From the IMG/VR virus record IMGVR_UViG_3300045988_103843, positions 1 through 38,935 of that record: a stretch of DNA of 38,935 nt. One strand, given 5' to 3'. Numbering within the stretch: the stretch's first letter is position 1; the number at the start of each line of letters is the position of its first letter. This document shows, in pieces, positions 15,122-23,033 of the stretch. The notes below the pieces were generated by a model. The model saw only the letters and a list, made by a program, of their open reading frames with translations, searched no databases and had not been told where the DNA came from. This stretch comes from a virus. A program made the translations under genes and the position numbers.

Positions 15122-17734
15122 TTACTTGTATTTGTCCTTCGAGCCGGTCCACTCTTTGGGATCCTGCTGGAACTTATCGTAACCCTGCTCGGGGTGCAGC
15201 TCCAGCACGACATGCATCTTGCCGTCGGTGCCTTTGTACACGTCTGTCGCGGTGTAGTAACCGCCGCGCTGCAAGATCATCTCCGATTCCTGGCCGAAAC
15301 TGTGTTGTTCCTTCTTACCGTCCCATTCACCGTAACTTGCGCCAGAGAATGCACTGAACGGCTCCGCATACATCATCTCAGACCCGGCAGGGCAATAGAT
15401 CTCCATAGCGACAGGCTTATGGCTGAAACCTTTGCCTGCCGCAGTACCAGTCGACACGAACGACTGAATGCGGTTGGACATGCCGACGAACGATTTGAGC
15501 TCATCGGTACTCATACCGCTCAACTTCGACGCACTCGTGCCGAAGAACGACTCCATGGCGTTGTAGTCGCATCCACGCACGAGCCACGTGTCGTGGTCGT
15601 ACGTCGACTTCTCGATGAGCGACGTCATGTTGCGGATCGCCGAACCCTTGCCTTCGTAATCGATCCAAACGTCACCTGGGCCGACATAGAACTTCTTCTC
15701 CCATCCCGTGCCAGGTGCGCTATACGGCTTGCGGAAGCCAGACAACGGGCGGTTCCACGCACCGGAGGCTGCGGTATAGCCGTAGATACCCTTACGCTCT
15801 GCAGAGGTAGCTTCGCGCCAGACCTTGCCGCATCCTTCTCGGAAATGCTTGTCGGCCTCAGCCGACGAATCGAACTTCCACGCGTTCGCCTTGCGCTCCT
15901 CGCTGAATGCCGAATCTTCGACGAGTCCCAGGTCGACCATCTGTTTGTGGATCGACTGCCGCTTGAGCTTCAATGCCGACATGTTGTCGACATGTGATTT
16001 ATACGCCTGGCCTTTCTCATCGAACTCTTTCGTGTCGTCGATGAACTTCGACCACTTCGCGAATGCCTGGTCATCGCCTGCGTCCGCGGCCTTTGCGGCT
16101 TGCTCGGTGAAATAATCGAGCTTCTTGGGGATCGCGTCTTTCTTAGCGTCCCAATCGGCGAGCGTCACGGGGTCTTTCCAAATGCCGGAATACGTCTTGT
16201 CGGAACTCTTCATGAGCTCTTTCAGCACGTCGATCTCGTTATCGACATCCTTCAGCTGACTATCGAGTGCGTTGGCGAGCTTCTGCTCTTCGGTCAGCTT
16301 CTCTGTTTTCCATTCCTCGTAATTCATGTCGCCGAGTTTGTTGGCACGCTCGACTTCGTCGTACTCCACATCGCCGATAACGGGCACAAGCGTGCAGCGG
16401 CAGTTGTAGACTTCAGAGGCAGGGCCGTCCGGGTCACCCGGGTACTTCAGCCCGTTGCTGAATTCCGCATCGAGTTTGACGGTCTCGCCGTCTAGGTGGC
16501 GGTGGCTGCCGCGCGTGCGCGAATCGAGCGCCGCGAGCCATTGCTTGTCGACATCGATACCCATGTCTGCGGCGCGCTCGTATCCCTTGAGCTTGCCGAG
16601 CGAGTGCGCACTCGTAATGGCAGTGCGTGCAGCCTTCATAGCGGCACGCTGGTCCATGGCGGCGATACCGGCGATCGAGGCGGCGAGCTGCGGGACCGTC
16701 TGGCCCTGCAGCACGGCCTGCGTCACCGCAGACGTGACATGGCGGCTGTTCCAGGCAGAATCTTTCGCCTTGTCGAACGCCGCCTGCGGGAGCAGGTCGG
16801 GCTCGTTCGCGACGAGCTCCATGACGGTGTTCTTGTTGTACAGCGTGAAAGACGTGTTCGCCTTGGCGCCGTGCTCGATCTCATACGTCGCGAAGTTCAT
16901 GCCCTCCGCATACACACCGGCCGGCACTTGGTTGACGTAAGCCATAGCCATCTTGTCGGCGGCGGTGAGGTCTTGCGTTAATGCCTTCTTGAGTGCCTTG
17001 AGCTTGTCGTTGTGCAACGCCTGGTCCTTGCGCCAAGCCTTATATGCCTTCGCGTCCTTTTTGCCGGCTGCGACGTCGGCTTGCCATTTAGCATCTTCGG
17101 CAGCGAACTCTTTGAGCGAGGACTCGATACGTGCCGTCATGCCGTCAATCGCATCGGCGTAGGTGAGCTGCAGTTTCTGCTGCAGCTCCTGCGCCTGCTT
17201 CTCGAGCAGCTTGGCCTGCGCGCCGTCCTGCGCCTTCGCGGCCTTCGCTGCGAGCTTCTTGCCAGCCTTGCCGGCACCGTCCTTCGATTTGTAGCCGTTC
17301 TTGAACGTGCCATCGGGCATCAAATACCCATAAGTGCCGTCGGTGAACGTGTTGACGACATAGCCGCCCTTGTCTTCGCTCTTCAGGACCTGCGGGCCTT
17401 TCGGCTCTGCGGCTACGAGCTTGGTGGCTGCCTTCTTGGCGCCGTCTTTCGACTTGTAACCCTCTTTATGCTTGCCGCCGTCCGTCATGTAGCCATAAGT
17501 ACCGTCTGAATACGTGTCGATCTGGAAGCCGTCGAAGTATTGTGTCTTGGTGACGGTCGCAGGGCCTGCGGCTTCATCGGGTACGAGCTCGTACATACCG
17601 ATTTTCAAGGCGTACGCGGCCGCTTCCTTAAACGTCTTAAACGACTTTATCGATGGATGGTCTGTATTCGTTAGATACTTCCACCCCGACACACCCTTGA
17701 TAACGGGGACCTCGTCAATTGAGTGAATTTTCAC
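15122..17734 (-). CDS. Head morphogenesis protein (Phage_Mu_F / SPP1 gp7-like) fused to a C-terminal ADP-ribosyltransferase (R-S-E, C3/VIP2-type) domain
   Basis: MuF motif SRTRGSHRHLDGE...YNCRCTLVP in the middle. The C-terminus carries ERKGIYGYTAASGAWNRPL, WLVRG, FVSTG and QESEMILQRG. GTG start with AAGGTGA as RBS. Confidence 0.85.
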   Translation of the reverse strand: MKIHSIDEVPVIKGVSGWKYLTNTDHPSIKSFKTFKEAAAYALKIGMYELVPDEAAGPATVTKTQYFDGFQIDTYSDGTYGYMTDGGKHKEGYKSKDGAKKAATKLVAAEPKGPQVLKSEDKGGYVVNTFTDGTYGYLMPDGTFKNGYKSKDGAGKAGKKLAAKAAKAQDGAQAKLLEKQAQELQQKLQLTYADAIDGMTARIESSLKEFAAEDAKWQADVAAGKKDAKAYKAWRKDQALHNDKLKALKKALTQDLTAADKMAMAYVNQVPAGVYAEGMNFATYEIEHGAKANTSFTLYNKNTVMELVANEPDLLPQAAFDKAKDSAWNSRHVTSAVTQAVLQGQTVPQLAASIAGIAAMDQRAAMKAARTAITSAHSLGKLKGYERAADMGIDVDKQWLAALDSRTRGSHRHLDGETVKLDAEFSNGLKYPGDPDGPASEVYNCRCTLVPVIGDVEYDEVERANKLGDMNYEEWKTEKLTEEQKLANALDSQLKDVDNEIDVLKELMKSSDKTYSGIWKDPVTLADWDAKKDAIPKKLDYFTEQAAKAADAGDDQAFAKWSKFIDDTKEFDEKGQAYKSHVDNMSALKLKRQSIHKQMVDLGLVEDSAFSEERKANAWKFDSSAEADKHFREGCGKVWREATSAERKGIYGYTAASGAWNRPLSGFRKPYSAPGTGWEKKFYVGPGDVWIDYEGKGSAIRNMTSLIEKSTYDHDTWLVRGCDYNAMESFFGTSASKLSGMSTDELKSFVGMSNRIQSFVSTGTAAGKGFSHKPVAMEIYCPAGSEMMYAEPFSAFSGASYGEWDGKKEQHSFGQESEMILQRGGYYTATDVYKGTDGKMHVVLELHPEQGYDKFQQDPKEWTGSKDKYK

Positions 17735-17753
17735 GGTAAGATCACCTTAAACA

Positions 17754-19223
17754 CTAAAACATGCCGTCATCGTCGTCATCGTCATCGTCACCTTCGTTGC
17801 CAGCGGGTGCGGTGGTGTTCACCAACGTGCCCATGCGTCCCTCGTCCTCGGAATCGAGGCGTTCCTTGATCGCCGGCACCTCGCTGGGCGAGATGTTCGG
17901 CAGCTTGCGCAAAATGGTCTCGTGGTCGAGATACTGCGCCTCGCTCATGACCATGTCGACCTGCTCTTTCTGGTTGCTGATGCGTGTGCGCTTGAACACG
18001 GGCGCATCGTCGATACCCATGAGGGCGAGCAGTTGCTGCACGAACTCTGAGACTTGGTATTCGAAATCACTCGCCTCCTCGTCCATAGGCTGGTACGCAG
18101 CATCGATGTGGTCGTTGGTCGCGCCCGCGGCCACCGTATGCACATCGAGTGCGCCGAAGTCCTCGTAGATGCCCTCGCGGATCGACTGCAGGTACGCCTG
18201 GCGTGCTGCGTATGGGATCTCCTGCGTATATGCCTGGGCGTTGCCGCCGTCATCGGAGTCGACGAGCGCGACGTGGTTGATCTTCAGCCGGTCGAGGAAC
18301 TTCTGCAGGTCCTTGTCGCTCATGCCGCCAGCGTTAGACACGAGCCAGTAGATCTGTGCGCAGTCAGTGAGGTCGTTCGCGAAGCCAGAGCGGATCAGGT
18401 CATAACTGTCAATCGCCTGGCGCATGCCGACGAGTGTCGATTGGTGCAGCTTCGAGCCCCACATCGGCACCACCGGCAACGCAGAGTAGTTCTCGCCGCC
18501 GATGACCTGCTCGATGCCGTCGGCGGGCGTATAGCTCGTCTTCTCGATATAGGGCCGTTTCTCCTCGACGACATCGAGGCGCTCAGCGCTCGCACCGTTC
18601 GCGTCCTTGTAGCTCTGGAAACGCGTGTAGCCATCAGGCTCGTAGAGCACGGCCTGCATCGGGCGCGACTGGTCGATACGCCAGAAGCGGATGCCTGCCT
18701 TGAGCGTGCCGTCGTATTCGTCCCACAGCGGGCAGAACTCGGTCAGCGGGAACACGAACATGCGGTCGAGGTTCCAGAAACCGAAGCACACGCCGTGGAT
18801 GAGCGCGTCGTACGCGAGCGTGCGCAGGTCGTGGTCGAAATGCTTGCCGAGCTTCTCCTTGGTCGTGTCCTCCTGGCCGATCTCGTCGACGTCGATGAAC
18901 GACACGCCCTGACCGAGCGAGTACATCGTGCGCTGGGTGTTCAGGCGGTGGAAGAAATTGCTAGCGATCTTGTTGTTGCTCGCCGTGAAGTCGACGAGCT
19001 TGGACCCGGTGATGTCGAAAACCTTCTGCACGTACTTGTTGATCGTCGTGTTCTCCTGGCGGTCATACGCATCGGCCATGCGCGCCGTGCGGTACGCCTT
19101 ACCCGACTTATGGCGCTCGATCGCCTCCAACACGAAGCCCTCGCGGTTGGCGTCACCCGCCTCCACGAAATCCTGGTACGTGAGCATGCGCGACTTGTCG
19201 TCGCGTACGTCGTCCCATCTCAT
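17754..19223 (-). CDS. Portal protein (SPP1 gp6-like) with a poly-Asp C-terminus
   Basis: 489 aa, ATGA overlap with the TerL stop. C-terminal GDDDDDDDDGMF. Confidence 0.88.
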   Translation of the reverse strand: MRWDDVRDDKSRMLTYQDFVEAGDANREGFVLEAIERHKSGKAYRTARMADAYDRQENTTINKYVQKVFDITGSKLVDFTASNNKIASNFFHRLNTQRTMYSLGQGVSFIDVDEIGQEDTTKEKLGKHFDHDLRTLAYDALIHGVCFGFWNLDRMFVFPLTEFCPLWDEYDGTLKAGIRFWRIDQSRPMQAVLYEPDGYTRFQSYKDANGASAERLDVVEEKRPYIEKTSYTPADGIEQVIGGENYSALPVVPMWGSKLHQSTLVGMRQAIDSYDLIRSGFANDLTDCAQIYWLVSNAGGMSDKDLQKFLDRLKINHVALVDSDDGGNAQAYTQEIPYAARQAYLQSIREGIYEDFGALDVHTVAAGATNDHIDAAYQPMDEEASDFEYQVSEFVQQLLALMGIDDAPVFKRTRISNQKEQVDMVMSEAQYLDHETILRKLPNISPSEVPAIKERLDSEDEGRMGTLVNTTAPAGNEGDDDDDDDDGMF

Positions 19224-20497
19224 AATGCGAACCTCCTAGGCTCCCCGTTCTCGCCGCCGAAGAACGGCGACTCGTATACCATATCCCTCGGCCGGTACAC
19301 GCGTTTCGTCCTCACGAAATACCTCAGTGCATCCATGCCGTGGTCGTCGACCTTGACCGGCTTGTCTTGGTCTGCCTTATCATCCCATACATAGCCGGTG
19401 AACTCGCGCGCCAATTCTGTGAGCGTGTCGCCGATTTTGACCTGTCCCAACTGCATTGCGCTCGCGGTGTCGCGCACGCCGTCACCGACATCGTTGTCGG
19501 CCTTCCTCACTTTGAACCCGCCGCGCCTGCGCAGCTGCGCGATAAACGACGACGCGCTGGGGTCGACTATGATCTCGACGTCTGCTTCTTCCGGGGCGTC
19601 GTTCGTGAACACAACCAGGTCGTCGACATAATCGGGGTCGGTCTTCTGCCTGCCTTCCTCGCGTCCCGAGTAGCGGTACTCGCCGACCGCATGCCACGTG
19701 CCAGACGCATCGAGCATCCACTTGATCGCATGGAGCGGGTTCTGCGTTCCGTAGTCGACGCTCACGCAGTAGCCGCGTACGTCTTCCGGCTTCTCAGGTG
19801 ACCATGTCGGTTCCTGCGCATCCTTCCAGTTCGGGTACACGAGGCCCTCGGCCTTCGCCCATAGGCCCCTGATGTATCGGTCGTAGTACACGGTGCCTCG
19901 GTACTCGGCCTTGAGGCCTTCGACATAGGCACGTGGCAGGAACGGGTTGTCGTCGATCGTGTACCTCTGCACGAACATGTCGATACCGGGGTCTGCCTCA
20001 CCCTTATCGATGAACTGCTTGAGCCAATGGGTCGGTCCCGCCGGGTTGCATGCGCCGTGGCACTCGCTGTACGGCAAAGAGAGTCGGCTCTTCAGCATCT
20101 CGAACACGTCGGGGTGGATGTCGCAGATCTCGTCGCAGTAGGCGAACTTGACCTCCGCGCCGCGCAGCTTCGATACCTGGCCTGCGTTCTCGGCGCCGAT
20201 GCAGTACACGCGCTCGCCGAAGACCTCGCACCAGTTGCGGGCGTTGATGTCGCCGACGAACTTATCGCCCCACATGTCACGCATAGGCGTGAGCACGTTT
20301 CGCTCGATATTCTCCTTGGTCGCGCCCAAGATCAGCGCCAGGCCCTTCTTGCCGCGCAGTTTGATCAGCCTGTCGGGGATCGTGTACTGCACGGCCAGGT
20401 GGCTCTTGCCCGAGCGCACGGCACCGGTCGCGAGGTTCCACCTATGGTGCGCCTCGCGTACGTATTCCGCCTGCTTAGGCGTCAGGTGCACCTCCAT
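19220..20497 (-). CDS. terL: Terminase large subunit
   Basis: The ATG at 20497 (MEVHLTPKQAEY...). Walker A GAVRSGKS, Walker B-like YCDEI, nuclease half with D-rich motifs. Confidence 0.9.
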   Translation of the reverse strand: MEVHLTPKQAEYVREAHHRWNLATGAVRSGKSHLAVQYTIPDRLIKLRGKKGLALILGATKENIERNVLTPMRDMWGDKFVGDINARNWCEVFGERVYCIGAENAGQVSKLRGAEVKFAYCDEICDIHPDVFEMLKSRLSLPYSECHGACNPAGPTHWLKQFIDKGEADPGIDMFVQRYTIDDNPFLPRAYVEGLKAEYRGTVYYDRYIRGLWAKAEGLVYPNWKDAQEPTWSPEKPEDVRGYCVSVDYGTQNPLHAIKWMLDASGTWHAVGEYRYSGREEGRQKTDPDYVDDLVVFTNDAPEEADVEIIVDPSASSFIAQLRRRGGFKVRKADNDVGDGVRDTASAMQLGQVKIGDTLTELAREFTGYVWDDKADQDKPVKVDDHGMDALRYFVRTKRVYRPRDMVYESPFFGGENGEPRRFAL

Positions 20498-20975
20498 CTG
20501 CCACCTCCTCGATCTGCACGAGCACGTTCTTGACGTCGATGATGTCGCCGTCGTCCGCAGGCAGCTGCGGCTGCATCGAGCGCCAGGCGTCACCGCGGCG
20601 GTTGAACAGCCACATGGCGATTGCCTTCACGTCTGCCGGCACGTGCTTCTTGACCTTCTTGGTCAATACCTCCATGCCCGTGTCGGGGTCACGTGACCAG
20701 GTCTCTTCGAAGTAGTCATACCCGAGCGCTCGCCGGAGCAGGGCGCCCTCGACCTGACCGTCTACGAGGTCCTCGGTGACGGTGAGCGCCTTGTCCAGCT
20801 CGGGCGACTGCTGGCGCCACTTCAAGAGCGTCGTGTGCGCGACGCCGATCTTGTCCTCGGCGATCGCCTTCACGGAGAGGCCTCGACGCCTCCAGTCGTT
20901 GATCAGCTCGATGCCGTCCTCGCCGAGCCAATAGCGCTTGCGCTGCACCGCGTTGTTGAATTTGATATACGGCAT
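20475..20975 (-). CDS. terS: Terminase small subunit (HTH-containing)
   Basis: 166 aa directly upstream of, and overlapping, terL. HTH-like LSVKAIAEDKIGVAHTTLLKW. Confidence 0.75.
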   Translation of the reverse strand: MPYIKFNNAVQRKRYWLGEDGIELINDWRRRGLSVKAIAEDKIGVAHTTLLKWRQQSPELDKALTVTEDLVDGQVEGALLRRALGYDYFEETWSRDPDTGMEVLTKKVKKHVPADVKAIAMWLFNRRGDAWRSMQPQLPADDGDIIDVKNVLVQIEEVADGGAPDA

Positions 20976-21003
20976 TTGCCTCCACTCCTTCTACATCGAA
21001 ATA

Positions 21004-21032
21004 TATTATACGACGCCTGCAGCGGGCATTCG
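21004..21032 (-). promoter_or_regulatory. Candidate late promoter (TCGAAT-N17-TATAAT) upstream of terS
   Basis: On the minus strand, TATAAT (plus 21004-21009) lies about 28 nt upstream of the terS ATG and is followed by GGAGTGGAGG. The -35 element is weak. Confidence 0.4.
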
Positions 21033-21046
21033 AGTGTGCGCTCTGC

Positions 21047-21138
21047 CGTGTATACTGTGCATACTGTGTATATGCGGTATGCACAGTCAGGGCTCGGTCG
21101 GCGTTTCGATTTTTGCGACTGTGTATACTGTGTATACC
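21047..21138. repeat. TGTATACTGTG-type short repeats (two clusters) upstream of terS
   Basis: gtgtatactgtgcatactgtgtata at 21047-21072 and tgtgtatactgtgtatac at 21119-21136. Confidence 0.7.
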
Positions 21139-21194
21139 CACCAGCATCGAATTGAAACGCCCCTATATGTTCACCGACGTCAACATACACGCCG

Positions 21195-21611
21195 TCAACT
21201 GCCTGTCACACTGCTGTCAAACACCTGTCACACCGCTTTTTTCGATTTATCTGCACCGTGTGACAGGTAGTCTCGACAAAACGCGACGTAGATGCACGTA
21301 TTTGCAACTACCTGTCACACTGTCACACTGACATGCTCCCCTATACCCCGATATTTTGAGAATAATATATTTATCATTTGATGAATATACCTATAGAAAA
21401 TATCTAATATAGGGCCGGCCTGCTGTTTGCCAGTGTGACACTTGGGTACCCAACAATTTACCTACGTCGCGTTTTGATGCCTACTACCTGTCACACTGGC
21501 CCGAAAACAGTGTGACAGCATGTGTGACAGTAACTCACGCAAAACACCGCCACACATGCCATCACGTCGCGTTTCGCCACTTACTACCTGTCAACCACGC
21601 AGATAAATCGG
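21195..21611. promoter_or_regulatory. Non-coding regulatory hub A: array of ACCTGTCACACTG and AAACGCGACGTAG motifs around an inverted repeat with a 39-nt AT-rich spacer
   Basis: At least 9 exact TGTCACAC/GTGTGACA sites in both orientations. Tandem site at 21309-21330. IR arms at 21338-21357 and 21397-21414. Outer IR cgatttatctgc (21242-21253) / gcagataaatcg (21600-21611). Collinear with 37613-37915. Confidence 0.8.
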
Positions 21612-21638
21612 AAAGTGCCAATTTCGGCCCTCAGGCAT

Positions 21639-21675
21639 GAAAAACGGCCCCGAGGCTCATATCCGCCTCGGGGCC
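21639..21675 (-). terminator. Rho-independent terminator ending the early/accessory operons
   Basis: Perfect 11-bp GC-rich stem ggccccgaggc / gcctcggggcc with an 8-nt loop, followed on the minus strand by GTTTTTC. Lies about 80 nt downstream of the stop at 21755. Confidence 0.8.
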
Positions 21676-21754
21676 CTGCAAGTATACGCGCCAACGCAAA
21701 ACTGCGCCTTCTACGTATGCTACAATCATTTTTAGATATGTTTCTGCGCTGCCC

Positions 21755-22030
21755 TCACTCCTCAAAATCGGCGCAGCAGTCGCTGTCGTCCACTATCGCG
21801 TCCTCGACCGCGGCCAGGATGTACCTGGGCGTCCAACGCTGCGTGCCCTTGAGCTCTGCGAGCGCGCCTTTCAACTTGAGCTCGCATACATGGCAGTCGA
21901 GCTCGTCCGATTCGATGCAATGGCGGCATTCACTGCAGTAGCGGCGCTCGCCGCCGTAAGCGCGGTCGATGTCGTCGTCGAAGCAACCAGGCGGCAGGTT
22001 GTAGCCGCAATCGGGCTCGTAATCAGGCAT
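21755..22030 (-). CDS. Small acidic Cys-rich protein (last gene before the late region)
   Basis: 91 aa with 8 Cys, including CSECRHC and CHVC. Confidence 0.65.
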   Translation of the reverse strand: MPDYEPDCGYNLPPGCFDDDIDRAYGGERRYCSECRHCIESDELDCHVCELKLKGALAELKGTQRWTPRYILAAVEDAIVDDSDCCADFEE

Positions 22031-22307
22031 TTCTCAGGTCCTCCCCACACCACGGGCAATACCGCGGTATCGTCTCGAACTCGGTCCAACTCGTAATATA
22101 CGTATCGTCGTGCTCGTAATGCACGACGCCGAATACGAGGTCGCACCTAGGGCAATGGACGGCGTCGACTGGGTCGACGTCATCTATCGCGACTACCTGG
22201 TCAGTGTACACCAACTTGCGCGGCTTCCACTTCTGAAACGATGGTGTCGCCCCGCACGTCGGGCAGTCGCACGGCCTCGCGAACTTAATCCTGCGCCCCA
22301 TCTTCAA
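22023..22307 (-). CDS. Zinc-ribbon protein
   Basis: 94 aa with CDCPTC...CPRC...CPWC pairs. Overlaps both neighbouring genes. Confidence 0.65.
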   Translation of the reverse strand: MKMGRRIKFARPCDCPTCGATPSFQKWKPRKLVYTDQVVAIDDVDPVDAVHCPRCDLVFGVVHYEHDDTYITSWTEFETIPRYCPWCGEDLRNA

Positions 22308-22638
22308 TCACCTCCGCCCCGCAATGTGGGCAACGCTCATATTTGCCGTAGATCTCCTCACAAGACCTGCCGCACTTGCTGCATTCGTAGATCCTCACTT
22401 CGACGTTCCCATGGGTCTCGACGGCCGTGAGCTCGAGGCGACACGTCGGACGGTCGATCAGGTCTGCGAGTTCTTCCCAACGAGTTGTACAGCCGCCTTC
22501 GAGTTGGCATAGCGCTTGTGTATCGCTGAACAACCTCAGGCTGAGCTCCTGGCACTCATCGCACTGGTCGAATCCATTGCAGTCGCAGCGTGTACGCAAT
22601 TCCTCGGCTATCTCACGGTACTCTTCGTCTGTGATCAT
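22285..22638 (-). CDS. Cys-rich zinc-ribbon-like protein
   Basis: 117 aa with CDC...CDEC and C-terminal CSKC...CPHC. Confidence 0.65.
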   Translation of the reverse strand: MITDEEYREIAEELRTRCDCNGFDQCDECQELSLRLFSDTQALCQLEGGCTTRWEELADLIDRPTCRLELTAVETHGNVEVRIYECSKCGRSCEEIYGKYERCPHCGAEVIEDGAQD

Positions 22639-23033
22639 TTACCGTCACCCCTCAGTTTGTGGATACGCGATGCGATGTCCGTACACATGTTAACCGTGCA
22701 ATCACCTACATAGAGCTTGCAGTCGACACACCGTTTCCCGATATTGCGAGCGTATGCGCATGCGGGGTCGTTGCAATCGGGGGAATCTTCGTAAGTCTCG
22801 ACCGCATGCAGGTCCTCGTCCAGCTTCTCCCAACTGTCGGGCCCGTCTAGATACATATCGCTGACGGCGAAATATGACGACATGCTGTGCGTGAACCTCA
22901 CTCTCCACGTATCGCTATTTGCGAAGTATGCGAACAGCCTCACGTCGTTCGCATTACCATACCTGTCATACAGCACTTTTGTATCTAGCGGGACCTCTCG
23001 CCCATCGGCGTCTTTTGGCGGCTCGATATTCAT
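22635..23033 (-). CDS. Hypothetical protein, paralog B of a tandem pair
   Basis: 132 aa. Shares PKDADGREVPLDTKVLYD, PDSWEKLDEDL and RIHKLRG with the upstream gene. Confidence 0.7.
   Translation of the reverse strand: MNIEPPKDADGREVPLDTKVLYDRYGNANDVRLFAYFANSDTWRVRFTHSMSSYFAVSDMYLDGPDSWEKLDEDLHAVETYEDSPDCNDPACAYARNIGKRCVDCKLYVGDCTVNMCTDIASRIHKLRGDGK

Noticed and set aside
14987-15997. 336-aa plus-strand ORF. Similar long plus-strand ORFs occur at 18054-19394, 25726-26592, 32702-33562, 12697-13284 and 35066-35743.
   Set aside because: All lie fully antisense to minus-strand genes with clear family motifs (MuF-ART, portal, polymerase, capsid, Cas4-Sak4). They are R/L/A/V/H-rich with no RBS, so they are shadow ORFs.
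20716-21190. Minus-strand ORFs (143 aa and 95 aa) overlapping terS and the repeat region
   Set aside because: They are out of frame with the well-supported terS gene. Their odd YTQYAQYT / YTVCTVYT peptides merely translate the TGTATACTGTG DNA repeats.
21195-21611. Possible CRISPR array or tRNA/ncRNA genes in the repeat hubs (also 37613-37915)
   Set aside because: The repeats are only about 13 nt, occur in both orientations and have irregular spacing, so this is not a CRISPR architecture. I saw no tRNA-like conserved T-loop or D-loop elements. An sRNA cannot be excluded, but nothing in the sequence supports one.
21615-21941. 108-aa plus-strand ORF starting in the intergenic region
   Set aside because: It runs through the 21646-21675 terminator hairpin and antisense into the 21755-22030 gene. 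It has no RBS and an S/A/L-rich composition.
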